Part shown: positions 36,276-45,390 of the stretch, in pieces
How positions within the stretch are numbered: position 1 is the first letter of the stretch
Layout: the number at the start of each line of letters is the position of its first letter
Assembly: GCA_902796325.1 (NCBI GenBank)
Contig: CADBOM010000150.1
Span: 2,850 to 66,849, forward strand
From: an uncultured Coriobacteriaceae bacterium
GTDB lineage: Bacteria; Actinomycetota; Coriobacteriia; Coriobacteriales; CADBOM01
Direction: 5' to 3'
Length of the DNA stretch: 64,000 bases
Program-made: the position numbers and the translations under genes
Notes under the pieces: generated by a model
Databases searched by the model: none
What the model was told of the DNA's origin: nothing
The model's input: the letters and a program-made list of their open reading frames with translations, nothing else

Positions 36276-39200
36276 CTATGCAGATGCCTCCTCGCACCAT
36301 TCCTTGATGGAGCTGTTAAGCGCACTCTCTCCGCCAAGCACATATCCGGTGAATATCGCATCGCCGTTGGTGCCGATGACGGAATCGATTGCTGCCTTCG
36401 ACGCGTCAGTGCCGTCGAGCAGCAGCAGTGCAGAGCCGCTCTGTCCGAGCAGGTTCACCGATGCCAGAGCATCCGGGAAGTTCACGCCAGATGCCACGGC
36501 CATTCCGTCGTAGCTAAGCGGCGTTGCAGGCGCAAACGTTGCCTCGTCACCAGTTGGGGTGGTGCTGGTCTCCCAAGCAACTACCTCGGCAGAGGTGTCG
36601 TAGCGAGTCTGTCCTGCAAGGCGGGTGTACTGCACGCCGTCACCCAGCTGGGCCTTGAGAGCCTCGAAGTTAACGGAAGCATCTCCGCCGACGACCACGA
36701 TCTTATTGAAGCCGCCGTCCTTGATGGCCTGAACCTCGGCGTCGTTGATTGCTCCGCCCGTGGCACCGAAGATCGGAGCCTTGTCATAGGATGCGAATGC
36801 GCCGATGGAGAGCGCGTCGGCGAAGCCGTCGACGCTCACGACTATTGCCGTGTCGCCCCAGCTGGCCTTGCCGGTCTCGTAGACCTTGAGTCCGGTCTCG
36901 ATGCGGTTGGCTCCCGCAATGCGCGAGGTTTCCGCAACTCCGTTAGTGGTTGCAATCGAGTTCTCAACGTCGGCAGAGACTGCCACAGGTCCACCGATGA
37001 TATAGACCTTGGCGCTTCCGTTGGACACACGAGCGATTTCGGCCTCAGCCTCCGGCGAGAGCGTTACCGGATCGGTGAGGATCACGGGCGCATTGTATGC
37101 ACCGGAGAGAGCCGATGCCGAGAGAGCGTCGGGGAATGCCGCTCCGGACGCCACGATGATCGTGGATGCGGAGCCGTCCTTCCAGCTTTGGGCAACTATG
37201 GACTGCATGGTGCCGTAGCGGGTGGCGCCGGAGAGGCGTGTCCACTGAGCAGGCGCAACATCCGGTGCAACCACGATGTCCATGGTCTGGCTGGCCGTGC
37301 CGGCAGAGCTCGTAGCCGTCACCGTTACGCTGTAGGTTCCAGCGGTAGTTGGGGTGCCGGTGATCTTGCCGGTTGCAGCATCGAACGCGAGTCCTTCGGG
37401 CAGACCCTCGACGCTAACCTCCGGTGCCGGGTTGCCCGTGGTCTCGATGGTGGCCTCGTAGGCCTCGCCCACCTTGCCAGAAGGCAGCTCGGAAGTGCTG
37501 ACTGCAGGCGCAGCGTAATCCGGGTCGACGTCGCCCGAGACCGTGATGGTGCCGGCCTTCTCGTCCATGGCGATGGTGTACTCCACCCAGCTGCCGGTCC
37601 TCGCGTTGCGGAAGGCCGCCACGGCCTTGCTGCCGGTTATCTGCTTGGAGGAGCCCAGGGTGTTGGCGAACTCCAGCGTGAACGGCTGGCCCTGGGACAC
37701 CGCCACGGTGCCCTCGGTCGCCGCGGCCGCGTCGGCCGCGCTTCCCGCGTAGGCCATGTCGTAGGTGGAGTCTGCCATGGTGATCGTGGGCTGGAGCCTG
37801 TACTCGTTGGACGCGGGGGTCCCGAAGTAGTAGAGGCTGCCCTTGGCCTCCGGGTTGAAGGAGGCCACGGTGCTGGTGACCGACACGTCCTCGGCCCCGC
37901 GGTAGTTACCGGCCCTGAGGGTGCCGGCGTTGGCGTCGATCACGAGCTGGCGGCCGGTGAAGGCCCTGGTGTAGTCGGGGCTGTCGGGGTTGGCCTTCTC
38001 GGCGGCCGTGGCCCTGGAGTTGGAGACGGCCACGACGGGCACCGTCGCGGTGCCGTCGGCGCCGAGGGTCACCGGGACCCTGAAGGTGAGCTTGCTGGCC
38101 ACGCCGTCGTTTACCTCCTGCACCTGCGGGTCGTCCTGCGGGCGGTCGGTGAAGTAGTGCTGGTCCACGTCCTTCTTCACGCTCTCTACCCAGTTGTCGT
38201 GGCTGGCGCCCTGCTGGGCCGCGAGGGCCTCGTCCACGGTGCCCGGGATCACGTACTTGTAGCCGCTTCCCGAGAGCGAGAACTCGACGTAGGTCTGGCC
38301 GTCCTCCTCGATGAGGTTGGCGTTCACGACCTTGAACATGAGCTCCTCGTCTGTTGGGACGAGGGATGTGACCTTAGCTGCGTCCTTCACAACCAACTCG
38401 TATGTCTGGCTGGTGGATCCGGTGGAGCTTGTTGCCGTCACCGTTACGCTGCTGGTGCCTGCGGCCGTAGGTGTTCCGGTAATCTTGCCGGTTGCGGCAT
38501 CGATTGTCAGACCCTCGGGAAGTCCGGTGGCGCTATAGGTGATATCGCTCGGAGTTCCGGTTGCCTCCACGGTTGCCTCATAGGCATCTCCAACCCTGCC
38601 GAAAGGCAGCTCGGTTGTAGAGATCACAGGCAGCTCGTTAACCACGAGGGTGAGGTCCCTAGATGTAGACCAACCGTTAGTTGTGTTGTATTCCACGGTA
38701 ATGTTGTAGGTTCCCGCGGTGCCAGCGGCCGGGGTGCCGCTGAGCGTTCCGTACTCGGCGAGGGTTAGCCCTTCGGGCAGGCTGCCCTTGCTGATGGAGA
38801 ACGAACCCGTCTGGGCGGCGCCATCCCAGGACTCCTGCTCGATTGTGGTGCTGTAGGCCTGGCCTACCGCGGCATCCGGGAGCTCCGTGGTCGTGATGTT
38901 GGGATTGTCTACCATCTCTAGCGTGTACTGCTTGCTCACGCTGCCAACCTTGTTAGATACGGTGACTGTAAACGTGTAAGTACCCGGGTTGCACCTTATC
39001 GTGCCCTCGAAGTGTCCGGTTTCCGAGTTGATCCTCGTTCGCCTTGGCATCGTTCCGTCGGTAACCTGCCAGGTTAGATCTCCACCGGTGGCCTCGATGG
39101 CCATATCACTGACGCTCTGTCCATAATGGACCTTGCCCAAACTCTCCGTCGTGATCTGCGGAGCACTTTCGATGGTTACCGTGAAGGTCTTGCTGGCTTG

Positions 39201-42200
39201 GCCGAACGAATCGGAGCCATCTATGGCATCGTTCTGGTAGCACTCCCAATCGGTGAAGCTGTAGGTCTCGCCGCCCTTGCAGCTGGCGTCCACGGTACCC
39301 GAGACGGTCCTGGTGGCGGGGTCGTAGGTAAGACCATAGGCAGAGCCGCTGCGTGTGGTTTCGGCCTTCAGCAGGTCGGACGGGTTGCCCACGGGATTCA
39401 CCGTGAAGCTGTAGGACTGGCCGGGTATAGCAACCGGGATGTCGTCCTGCGTGGTGCTCCAGGTAATTGGGTCGCAAACGTTCATGGGCAGTGTAGCCAA
39501 GGCAATTCCTGCGGAGTTGCTAACAGCCACCTTAACGTTGTACTTGCCGGCCGTGGTCGGGGTGCCGCTGATGGTTCCGTCGGTGCTCATGGTAAGACCA
39601 GCAGGGAGCGTAGAGCCATCCACCATGTAGGTGAAGTCGTAAGGGCTTCCCGTAGCGTTAACCTTGGCGGTGTAGCCGTCTCCCACCATGACATCCGGCA
39701 GATAGGTGTTGGTAATCTGCGGGGTAACATTGACGGTCTTGCCCGTTACCTCCACCGTGGCGTATGCGGGCAGAGCCTGTACCTCTTCGCTGGTGTCCTT
39801 AGCCCACACATAGTAGGTGCCGGGCACGTTGATCGAGAGGCTTGCCACCCCGGTATCGCTAACCGGGACAGATCCACATGGCTTGTTAAGCTCCGTGCCG
39901 AAGTAGACCGTACCCGCACTTGCAGCATGATAGGTCTGAACCGATGCAGGCTTCCACATATCCTGGTTGGGCATGCCAATATAGACATCGAAGGCATTGC
40001 CTGTGGTCTGCGCCGAGAGCTCGTGGATTGGCGAGCTGAAGCTGTCATTCTGGAAGAAGTACAGGAAGTCGCCATTCCACTTGACGGGCGTGAACGCCGT
40101 CATATCCACGTAGTCGCCGTCATGCAGCGGGATGTGGTCTGCAGTTGCACCCACGTTGTAGGATGCGCCCCACTGCTTGGTGAGTTCGTTGTCCATGGGC
40201 CAGCAGCCGTTGATATAGTAGTTGAGGTTGGAGCTGAGGCCGAAGAACCCACCCATGAACATGCTTCCCGGGCTACCACCGTAAACCTTGGCATCGAATC
40301 CGCCAGAGTAGTAGTTCTCGCTCAGGTACACGAACAGCTGGATCATCGTGGTCTCGTACTCGTAATCGGCATCGGAGGCCGGGAACCCGTTGGCATCGCG
40401 GGCGGTGTAATTGAACTTGCCCATGCCGTGCTCGTCGAGGTCGACCTTGCTCACCTCTGAGAGGTCGATCGGGATGTAAGCCATCGTGGTGCCGGAGTCC
40501 TTGCCGTCAGAGATCACCCAATCGCCCTCGTTGGAAAGCGAGAAGTAGATGGTGCCGGTGGCCTCGCGGTACTTGGTCTTGATGGTTATGGGCAGAGTGG
40601 TGGTTGCCGTGACGCCGTCATCGGTGGTGGCCACGAAGGTGACCTCGGTCTTGCCCTTTGTGGTTGGGGTACCGGTGATGGCACCGTTCTCATCCATCGA
40701 GAGACCGTCGGGCAGTGCGCTGCCGTCGGCCAGGCTCCAGGTTACCTTGTCGGACGACGAGGTAGCTGCAAGCTGCCCGGAGTATGTGGTGTTAACCACG
40801 ATGGAGGGCAGCTCTGTTGTGGTGATGGTGAGGTTGTTCTTCACCAGCAAGGTAACGTCGACTGCCTGGGTGGTTACGCCATCGGAGCTTATGGCCTCAA
40901 CGGTGAAGGTGTACGTTCCAGCCTTGGCCGGTGCACCGCTGATGGTTCCGTCGCTAGCGATGGTAAGGCCATCGGGAAGCGCGGAGCCACCGAGGAAGTA
41001 GAACGACGGGTTATCGATGTCGACAGTCTCGATCTTTCCGGTGAAGTTGGCACCAACGGTAGCGGTGCCAAGGTCGGTGGTGGTGACCCTCGGGGTCTTG
41101 TTAACGGTCAGGGTGTATGCCTTGGAGCTGCTACCCCAATCGTTGGTTGCGGTAACCGTGAACGAATAGTCACCAGAAGCAGCCGGCGTACCAGACAGGG
41201 TTCCATCGGAGCTCAGGGTTACACCCTCGGGCAGGGAGCCGCTGGTTACGGCCACGGTTCCAGTGGGAATACCGCCGGCAACGATCTTCGCGCTGTAAGC
41301 AGTTGCCGCGCTAGCCGCCGGCAGAGAGGTGGTCTCGATAGACGGGGCCACACCGTTCACGGTAACGGTTGCGATTGCGGGCGAAGAGGTTATGCAGTCG
41401 AGGTTCTCGTCCATATAACCATCGGCCCATACGTAGTAGGTACCAGGCTGATCGAAGGTAACCTCGGCCGTTCCATCATCGCCGGTAATGATATCGGAAT
41501 CGAACGCCTTATCGGTGTTGTATGCGGTGCCGGTATGCAGCATGACTCCCTCAGAGTCGCCGTAGCTGGTGGTGTACTCGCTCCAATCTGGAGCGGCATG
41601 GATAACCTTCACGGTAAGGGGCTCTCCAGCAGTTGCCGTGTACTCGTGAACAACGGCGCTTGCATCGGCATCTGCCTCTGGATCTGCGAACCAATCGAAC
41701 GGCGAGTAGGTACCAAACGGAGCGCTCCAATCGGCCCAGTCTGCCATGTCGATATGGTCGCCATCGCTAACCACGATGTGATCGCTGGTTGCACCCCATG
41801 CGGGACGCTCGAGCGGGTACACGTAGTTGTGATAGTAGTTGAGGTTGTAGCCAAACCCGAAGAATCCGGACGAAATGAACGAGCTGCCGGGAGCTCCGGT
41901 GATAACGAGCTCGCTGGTTCCAGCTGCAGAGTAGTGCTGGAGAGTGTAGACGAACACCATCATCATGGTTACTTCGTAAACACCATCGCCATCCGCATCG
42001 TAGGCATATTGTCCAAGACCGTAATCGTCAAGATCGATCTTGCTAACCTCGGCGAGGTCGATCGGAACCTCTGCCATGTATCCATCACGGCCGTTCATCT
42101 CGCCATCGGCTGGCACGAACACGCCGTCCTGTGAAATCGATATGTAGACGGTTCCCTCAGCTGCCTTGTACTTGGGCACTACATTGAGCGTGAGCTCCTT

Positions 42201-45200
42201 GGAAGCCGCGGGCTCAATGCCGTTATCGGCGGTAACGGTGAAGGTATACTCGCCAATCTCATCGGTGGTTGGAGTTCCAGTGATGTAGCCGTCAGCAGTG
42301 AGCTTCATGTTATCGGGCAGAGCGCCATCGGTGATGGTCCACTTCATGGTGCTGGGGCTACCCTTAGCAGCTAGCTTTGCGTAATAGCCCTCGTTTGCCC
42401 TGGCGTTGTCGAGCGTTGTAGTGGTAATTGTTGGGGCAACCTTGTCCACAACGGTCACAGTTGCCAGCGCAGGGGACGACACCACGTTGTTGTTGGTAGC
42501 GCCCATCTGTCCATCGGCCCACACGTAGTAGGTTCCAGGAGTCGTGAACGTGTACTGAGCGGTTCCATCCGCCCCGGTGGTAACCGTTGCGGTCTGTGTG
42601 CCGTAGGCGGAACCAACGGCAAGCGTGTAGTTGTCCGCCGCTGCTGTGGTGACCGTCATCTTGTAATCCGGCGCAGGATACGAGTAAGTGGTCTTGTCCA
42701 GCGTGAATGTCACGGGCTCGCCGGTGAATCCGGTGTATGCGTGCGTGATGCTGCCGTTAGACATGAAGTAGTGGTCCGCCGCATTGGCATCGCCATAGGT
42801 GCTGCCGGTGTAGGTGAACACGTTCCAATCCTGGCCAGCTGCAAGGTCAACACGGTCTGCGGTGATCATGCTGCCGGAGCCATCGCTCGGCGCCACACCG
42901 TTAATCGCATAGGTGATGTTGGCAGAGCCATTGCCCCAGAAGCTATTGATGTACAGGCTGCCGGGAGCGGAGTATTGGTTGAGCTCTAGGCCCGAGGTAC
43001 CGCCGCTATCGTAGTGGTCGAGCACGTACAGGTACAGCTGCAGCCCGGTAACGTCATAGGAGCCGTCACCATCGGAGTCGTACTTGTAATCTCCAAGGCC
43101 ATAGTTGTCCAGGTCGTACTTGGCAACATCGGACAGGTTCACTGGCACGTAGCTCATAACCTTGCCTGCGGTCTGACCGTCGCTGGTCACGAACTGGGCG
43201 TCTTTGGAAACAGACACGTAAACGGTGCCCTTGACGTTCTCGTACTTTGCCACGCACTTGACGTTGATGCGCTTGGTAACGCTGGTGCCGTCGCTTGCAG
43301 TGGCCTTTACGTTAACGTAGCTGGTGCCCGCGTACTGGCGGGTACCGGTGATGGTGCCGTCGCTTGCAACCTTAAGCCAACCGTAACCATCTACCTTGCT
43401 CCAGGTTACGTCGTCGCGATTAGCCGTGAGCTTGTAGGTGTATGGAATGTTGGTATATGCAACGGGAGCATCGGAATCGGAGGTAATCTCGAGCTTAGGC
43501 CTAACCGTGATGGTGTAGTTCACGGTATCGGTGCTTCCCTGGCTGTTGCTTGCGAACACGCTGATGTTGGCAACGCCAGCCTCGGTAGGCGTGCCGCTGA
43601 TAACACCGGTGGTTGTGTCAAGCGTAAGCCCTGCAGGCAGGGTCTCGGTACCAGAGAACCATAGCTGAGGAGCCGGGTATCCGGTTGTCTCGATCTTCTG
43701 ATTGTATGCAGTTCCTATGGTTGCATCTGGCAGAGTTGCCGTGGTGATGGCAGGAGCTGCATTAACTGCGAGAGTGAAGCTTGCAGCAGCGCTGGTTCCG
43801 AGCGTGTTAGTGGCGGTAACGGTAACCGTGTATGCGCCTCCAGCAGTTGGAGTACCCGAAATCTTACCGGTTGTGGCATCGATCGAAAGCCCTTCCGGGA
43901 GCCCAGTTGCAGCAAACGTGGCTGCAGGCTCTGCAGTGGCTTCGATGGTTGCCTCGTAGGCCTGTCCCGCGGTTGCCTCGGGCAATGCCGTGGTGGTGAT
44001 AGTGGGAAGCTCACCGGAAACCACGATGGTAATCGTGGTCTGGTCGCTCATTCCAGCGGAGTTCTTGGCAACCACATCGAACGTATAGGTGCCAACAGCG
44101 GCAGGGATTCCGGTAACCTTGCCGTTGGAGAAGCTCAGACCCTCCGGCATGCTGCTACTACCAGACAGATACCAGGTAACCTCGGCAGGATAGGCGTCGG
44201 CGGAAAGCGCTGCATCTACCGGCACGCCAACCACTGCATCGATCTCGGTAGTCGTGATCTTCGGTGCGCGATAGTCCACAACTGCGCCATAGGTGCCATC
44301 GGCATTCTGGGACATGGTCATGTTCTCGACCAGATAGGGCTTCACTGTGGAGAGATCGACGGCCGCCGAGTAGGTGCCGCCGGAAATCTGGATGTCGCCC
44401 TGCTCGATCCCCGAGTAGGCACTGTTGATCATGACGGCCATCGGGGCGTCGAAGGTGCCGCCGGTGATCGTGAGCTTGCCCGTGTCCACGGAGTCGTCGA
44501 GCTTGCCGTTGCACACGCAGCAGGTGGCCTTGCCGTCGGTCGGGCCAGTGAAGGTTCCACCCGAGATGGTGCACACGCTCCAGTTGAGGATCGGGCCCTG
44601 TGTGGTGTTGGAGAAGCTGCCGCCCTCGATGGAGAGCACGCCGCCGTCGTCGTTCTTCACGGTGTTGAGGCCGCCGGAGAACGTGCCGGACTTTATAGTG
44701 AGGTCCGGGGCCGCGGCGTTGGTGCCGTCCACGTAGCCCAACCGCGAGTCGGTGGAGCTGTAATTGTAGTAGCCGTTCTCGATAAGCGACGAGTAGGTGT
44801 CAGTGCGATCCATCGTGGCGCCATCGATCGTCATGGAGCCGTGGTTCACCACGTTGTAGTACTTGCTCTCCTTCTCGATGGTGACCTGGCCGATTTGGGC
44901 GGTGCCGTCGTTGAACACCGCCGCCTTGTTATCGATCGTGCTCTCCACGGTACCCGCACCGGTGAGCGCGAGCTTCGCGCCCTGCGCCACGTACACGGTG
45001 TCGGCGTCGGAGGCGTTGGTCAGCGTGTGCCCCGCGAGGTCGAGCGTCACGTCAGCCCCGGCCGGGACCACGACATCCTCGGACACATCCGAGGCGAGCG
45101 TCACGGTGCCGCCCTGGCCGGCCGCCGCTATTGCGTCGGCGACGGTGGCGTATCCGGTATCGCCAACGGTGGCCACATATGTTGTTTCACCTCCCCCGGA

Positions 45201-45305
45201 GCCTTGATCCGCATATGCCCCGATGGGCGACATGCCCATCACGAACACCACGGATAAGAGGACTAGGAGGATCTTGCTTGGTAAAGATACCTTCGTAGCG
45301 TCCAT
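36276..45305 (-). CDS. Giant (about 3009 aa) cell-wall-anchored surface protein: signal peptide, beta-helix, 14 Ig-like (He_PIG/cadherin-like) repeats, three large repeated modules, one unassigned module, 3x CWB2
   Basis: Signal peptide MDATKVSLPSKILLVLLSVVFVMGMSPIGAYA after RBS GAAAGGAAGG. GGTF/GGSF/SGTFSGG rungs. Fourteen LPxGLxxDxxTGxISGTPTxAGxYxxTVTA units. Three GTxYxSxSxxG...NYxxNG...GTYYVWA modules. C-terminal triple RxxGxxRYxT...FPDALS repeats. Confidence 0.9.
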   Translation of the reverse strand: MDATKVSLPSKILLVLLSVVFVMGMSPIGAYADQGSGGGETTYVATVGDTGYATVADAIAAAGQGGTVTLASDVSEDVVVPAGADVTLDLAGHTLTNASDADTVYVAQGAKLALTGAGTVESTIDNKAAVFNDGTAQIGQVTIEKESKYYNVVNHGSMTIDGATMDRTDTYSSLIENGYYNYSSTDSRLGYVDGTNAAAPDLTIKSGTFSGGLNTVKNDDGGVLSIEGGSFSNTTQGPILNWSVCTISGGTFTGPTDGKATCCVCNGKLDDSVDTGKLTITGGTFDAPMAVMINSAYSGIEQGDIQISGGTYSAAVDLSTVKPYLVENMTMSQNADGTYGAVVDYRAPKITTTEIDAVVGVPVDAALSADAYPAEVTWYLSGSSSMPEGLSFSNGKVTGIPAAVGTYTFDVVAKNSAGMSDQTTITIVVSGELPTITTTALPEATAGQAYEATIEATAEPAATFAATGLPEGLSIDATTGKISGTPTAGGAYTVTVTATNTLGTSAAASFTLAVNAAPAITTATLPDATIGTAYNQKIETTGYPAPQLWFSGTETLPAGLTLDTTTGVISGTPTEAGVANISVFASNSQGSTDTVNYTITVRPKLEITSDSDAPVAYTNIPYTYKLTANRDDVTWSKVDGYGWLKVASDGTITGTRQYAGTSYVNVKATASDGTSVTKRINVKCVAKYENVKGTVYVSVSKDAQFVTSDGQTAGKVMSYVPVNLSDVAKYDLDNYGLGDYKYDSDGDGSYDVTGLQLYLYVLDHYDSGGTSGLELNQYSAPGSLYINSFWGNGSANITYAINGVAPSDGSGSMITADRVDLAAGQDWNVFTYTGSTYGDANAADHYFMSNGSITHAYTGFTGEPVTFTLDKTTYSYPAPDYKMTVTTAAADNYTLAVGSAYGTQTATVTTGADGTAQYTFTTPGTYYVWADGQMGATNNNVVSSPALATVTVVDKVAPTITTTTLDNARANEGYYAKLAAKGSPSTMKWTITDGALPDNMKLTADGYITGTPTTDEIGEYTFTVTADNGIEPAASKELTLNVVPKYKAAEGTVYISISQDGVFVPADGEMNGRDGYMAEVPIDLAEVSKIDLDDYGLGQYAYDADGDGVYEVTMMMVFVYTLQHYSAAGTSELVITGAPGSSFISSGFFGFGYNLNYYHNYVYPLERPAWGATSDHIVVSDGDHIDMADWADWSAPFGTYSPFDWFADPEADADASAVVHEYTATAGEPLTVKVIHAAPDWSEYTTSYGDSEGVMLHTGTAYNTDKAFDSDIITGDDGTAEVTFDQPGTYYVWADGYMDENLDCITSSPAIATVTVNGVAPSIETTSLPAASAATAYSAKIVAGGIPTGTVAVTSGSLPEGVTLSSDGTLSGTPAASGDYSFTVTATNDWGSSSKAYTLTVNKTPRVTTTDLGTATVGANFTGKIETVDIDNPSFYFLGGSALPDGLTIASDGTISGAPAKAGTYTFTVEAISSDGVTTQAVDVTLLVKNNLTITTTELPSIVVNTTYSGQLAATSSSDKVTWSLADGSALPDGLSMDENGAITGTPTTKGKTEVTFVATTDDGVTATTTLPITIKTKYREATGTIYFSLSNEGDWVISDGKDSGTTMAYIPIDLSEVSKVDLDEHGMGKFNYTARDANGFPASDADYEYETTMIQLFVYLSENYYSGGFDAKVYGGSPGSMFMGGFFGLSSNLNYYINGCWPMDNELTKQWGASYNVGATADHIPLHDGDYVDMTAFTPVKWNGDFLYFFQNDSFSSPIHELSAQTTGNAFDVYIGMPNQDMWKPASVQTYHAASAGTVYFGTELNKPCGSVPVSDTGVASLSINVPGTYYVWAKDTSEEVQALPAYATVEVTGKTVNVTPQITNTYLPDVMVGDGYTAKVNATGSPYDFTYMVDGSTLPAGLTMSTDGTISGTPTTAGKYNVKVAVSNSAGIALATLPMNVCDPITWSTTQDDIPVAIPGQSYSFTVNPVGNPSDLLKAETTRSGSAYGLTYDPATRTVSGTVDASCKGGETYSFTDWECYQNDAIDGSDSFGQASKTFTVTIESAPQITTESLGKVHYGQSVSDMAIEATGGDLTWQVTDGTMPRRTRINSETGHFEGTIRCNPGTYTFTVTVSNKVGSVSKQYTLEMVDNPNITTTELPDAAVGQAYSTTIEQESWDGAAQTGSFSISKGSLPEGLTLAEYGTLSGTPAAGTAGTYNITVEYNTTNGWSTSRDLTLVVNELPVISTTELPFGRVGDAYEATVEATGTPSDITYSATGLPEGLTIDAATGKITGTPTAAGTSSVTVTATSSTGSTSQTYELVVKDAAKVTSLVPTDEELMFKVVNANLIEEDGQTYVEFSLSGSGYKYVIPGTVDEALAAQQGASHDNWVESVKKDVDQHYFTDRPQDDPQVQEVNDGVASKLTFRVPVTLGADGTATVPVVAVSNSRATAAEKANPDSPDYTRAFTGRQLVIDANAGTLRAGNYRGAEDVSVTSTVASFNPEAKGSLYYFGTPASNEYRLQPTITMADSTYDMAYAGSAADAAAATEGTVAVSQGQPFTLEFANTLGSSKQITGSKAVAAFRNARTGSWVEYTIAMDEKAGTITVSGDVDPDYAAPAVSTSELPSGKVGEAYEATIETTGNPAPEVSVEGLPEGLAFDAATGKITGTPTTAGTYSVTVTATSSAGTASQTMDIVVAPDVAPAQWTRLSGATRYGTMQSIVAQSWKDGSASTIIVASGAAFPDALSASALSGAYNAPVILTDPVTLSPEAEAEIARVSNGSAKVYIIGGPVAVSADVENSIATTNGVAETSRIAGANRIETGLKVYETGKASWGDTAIVVSVDGFADALSIGAFASYDKAPIFGATGGAINDAEVQAIKDGGFNKIVVVGGDASVNFEALKAQLGDGVQYTRLAGQTRYDTSAEVVAWETSTTPTGDEATFAPATPLSYDGMAVASGVNFPDALASVNLLGQSGSALLLLDGTDASKAAIDSVIGTNGDAIFTGYVLGGESALNSSIKEWCEEASA
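36279..37244 (-). repeat. Three cell-wall-binding type 2 (CWB2) repeats, the C-terminal anchor of the giant protein
   Basis: RLSGATRYGTM...AFPDALSASAL, RIAGANRIETG...GFADALSIGAF, RLAGQTRYDTS...NFPDALASVNL. Confidence 0.8.
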
Positions 45306-45340
45306 GGCCTTCCTTTCTTCCCGAATCCCAATACTTGCCA

Positions 45341-45390
45341 ATACAAAAAGAGGGCCGCAGCAACTATCAATTGCCACGGCCCGTTTTTGC
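45341..45390. terminator. Terminator-like hairpin in the leader of the giant surface-protein gene
   Basis: gggccg-ca-gcaa / ttgc-ca-cggccc (45352-45382), with T-runs on both strands (GTTTTT on +, TCTTTTTGTATT on -). It lies 40-80 nt upstream of the ATG at 45305. Confidence 0.55.

Noticed and set aside
36264-38768. 834 aa ORF on the + strand, antisense to the giant surface-protein gene. Similar long antisense ORFs occur at 47277-49895, 20775-22124, 18640-19914, 16897-17949, 34434-35453, 26041-26898 and 13612-14262.
   Set aside because: All lie fully inside well-supported genes on the opposite strand. Their translations are low-complexity and Arg/Gly/Val/His-rich with no recognisable motifs. 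They are shadow ORFs, kept open by the GC-rich codon bias of the real genes.
45306-45377. Upstream ATG (45377) for the giant surface-protein ORF.
   Set aside because: The extra 24 residues precede a textbook signal peptide and overlap the leader hairpin. ATG 45305 has a strong RBS (GAAAGGAAGG).
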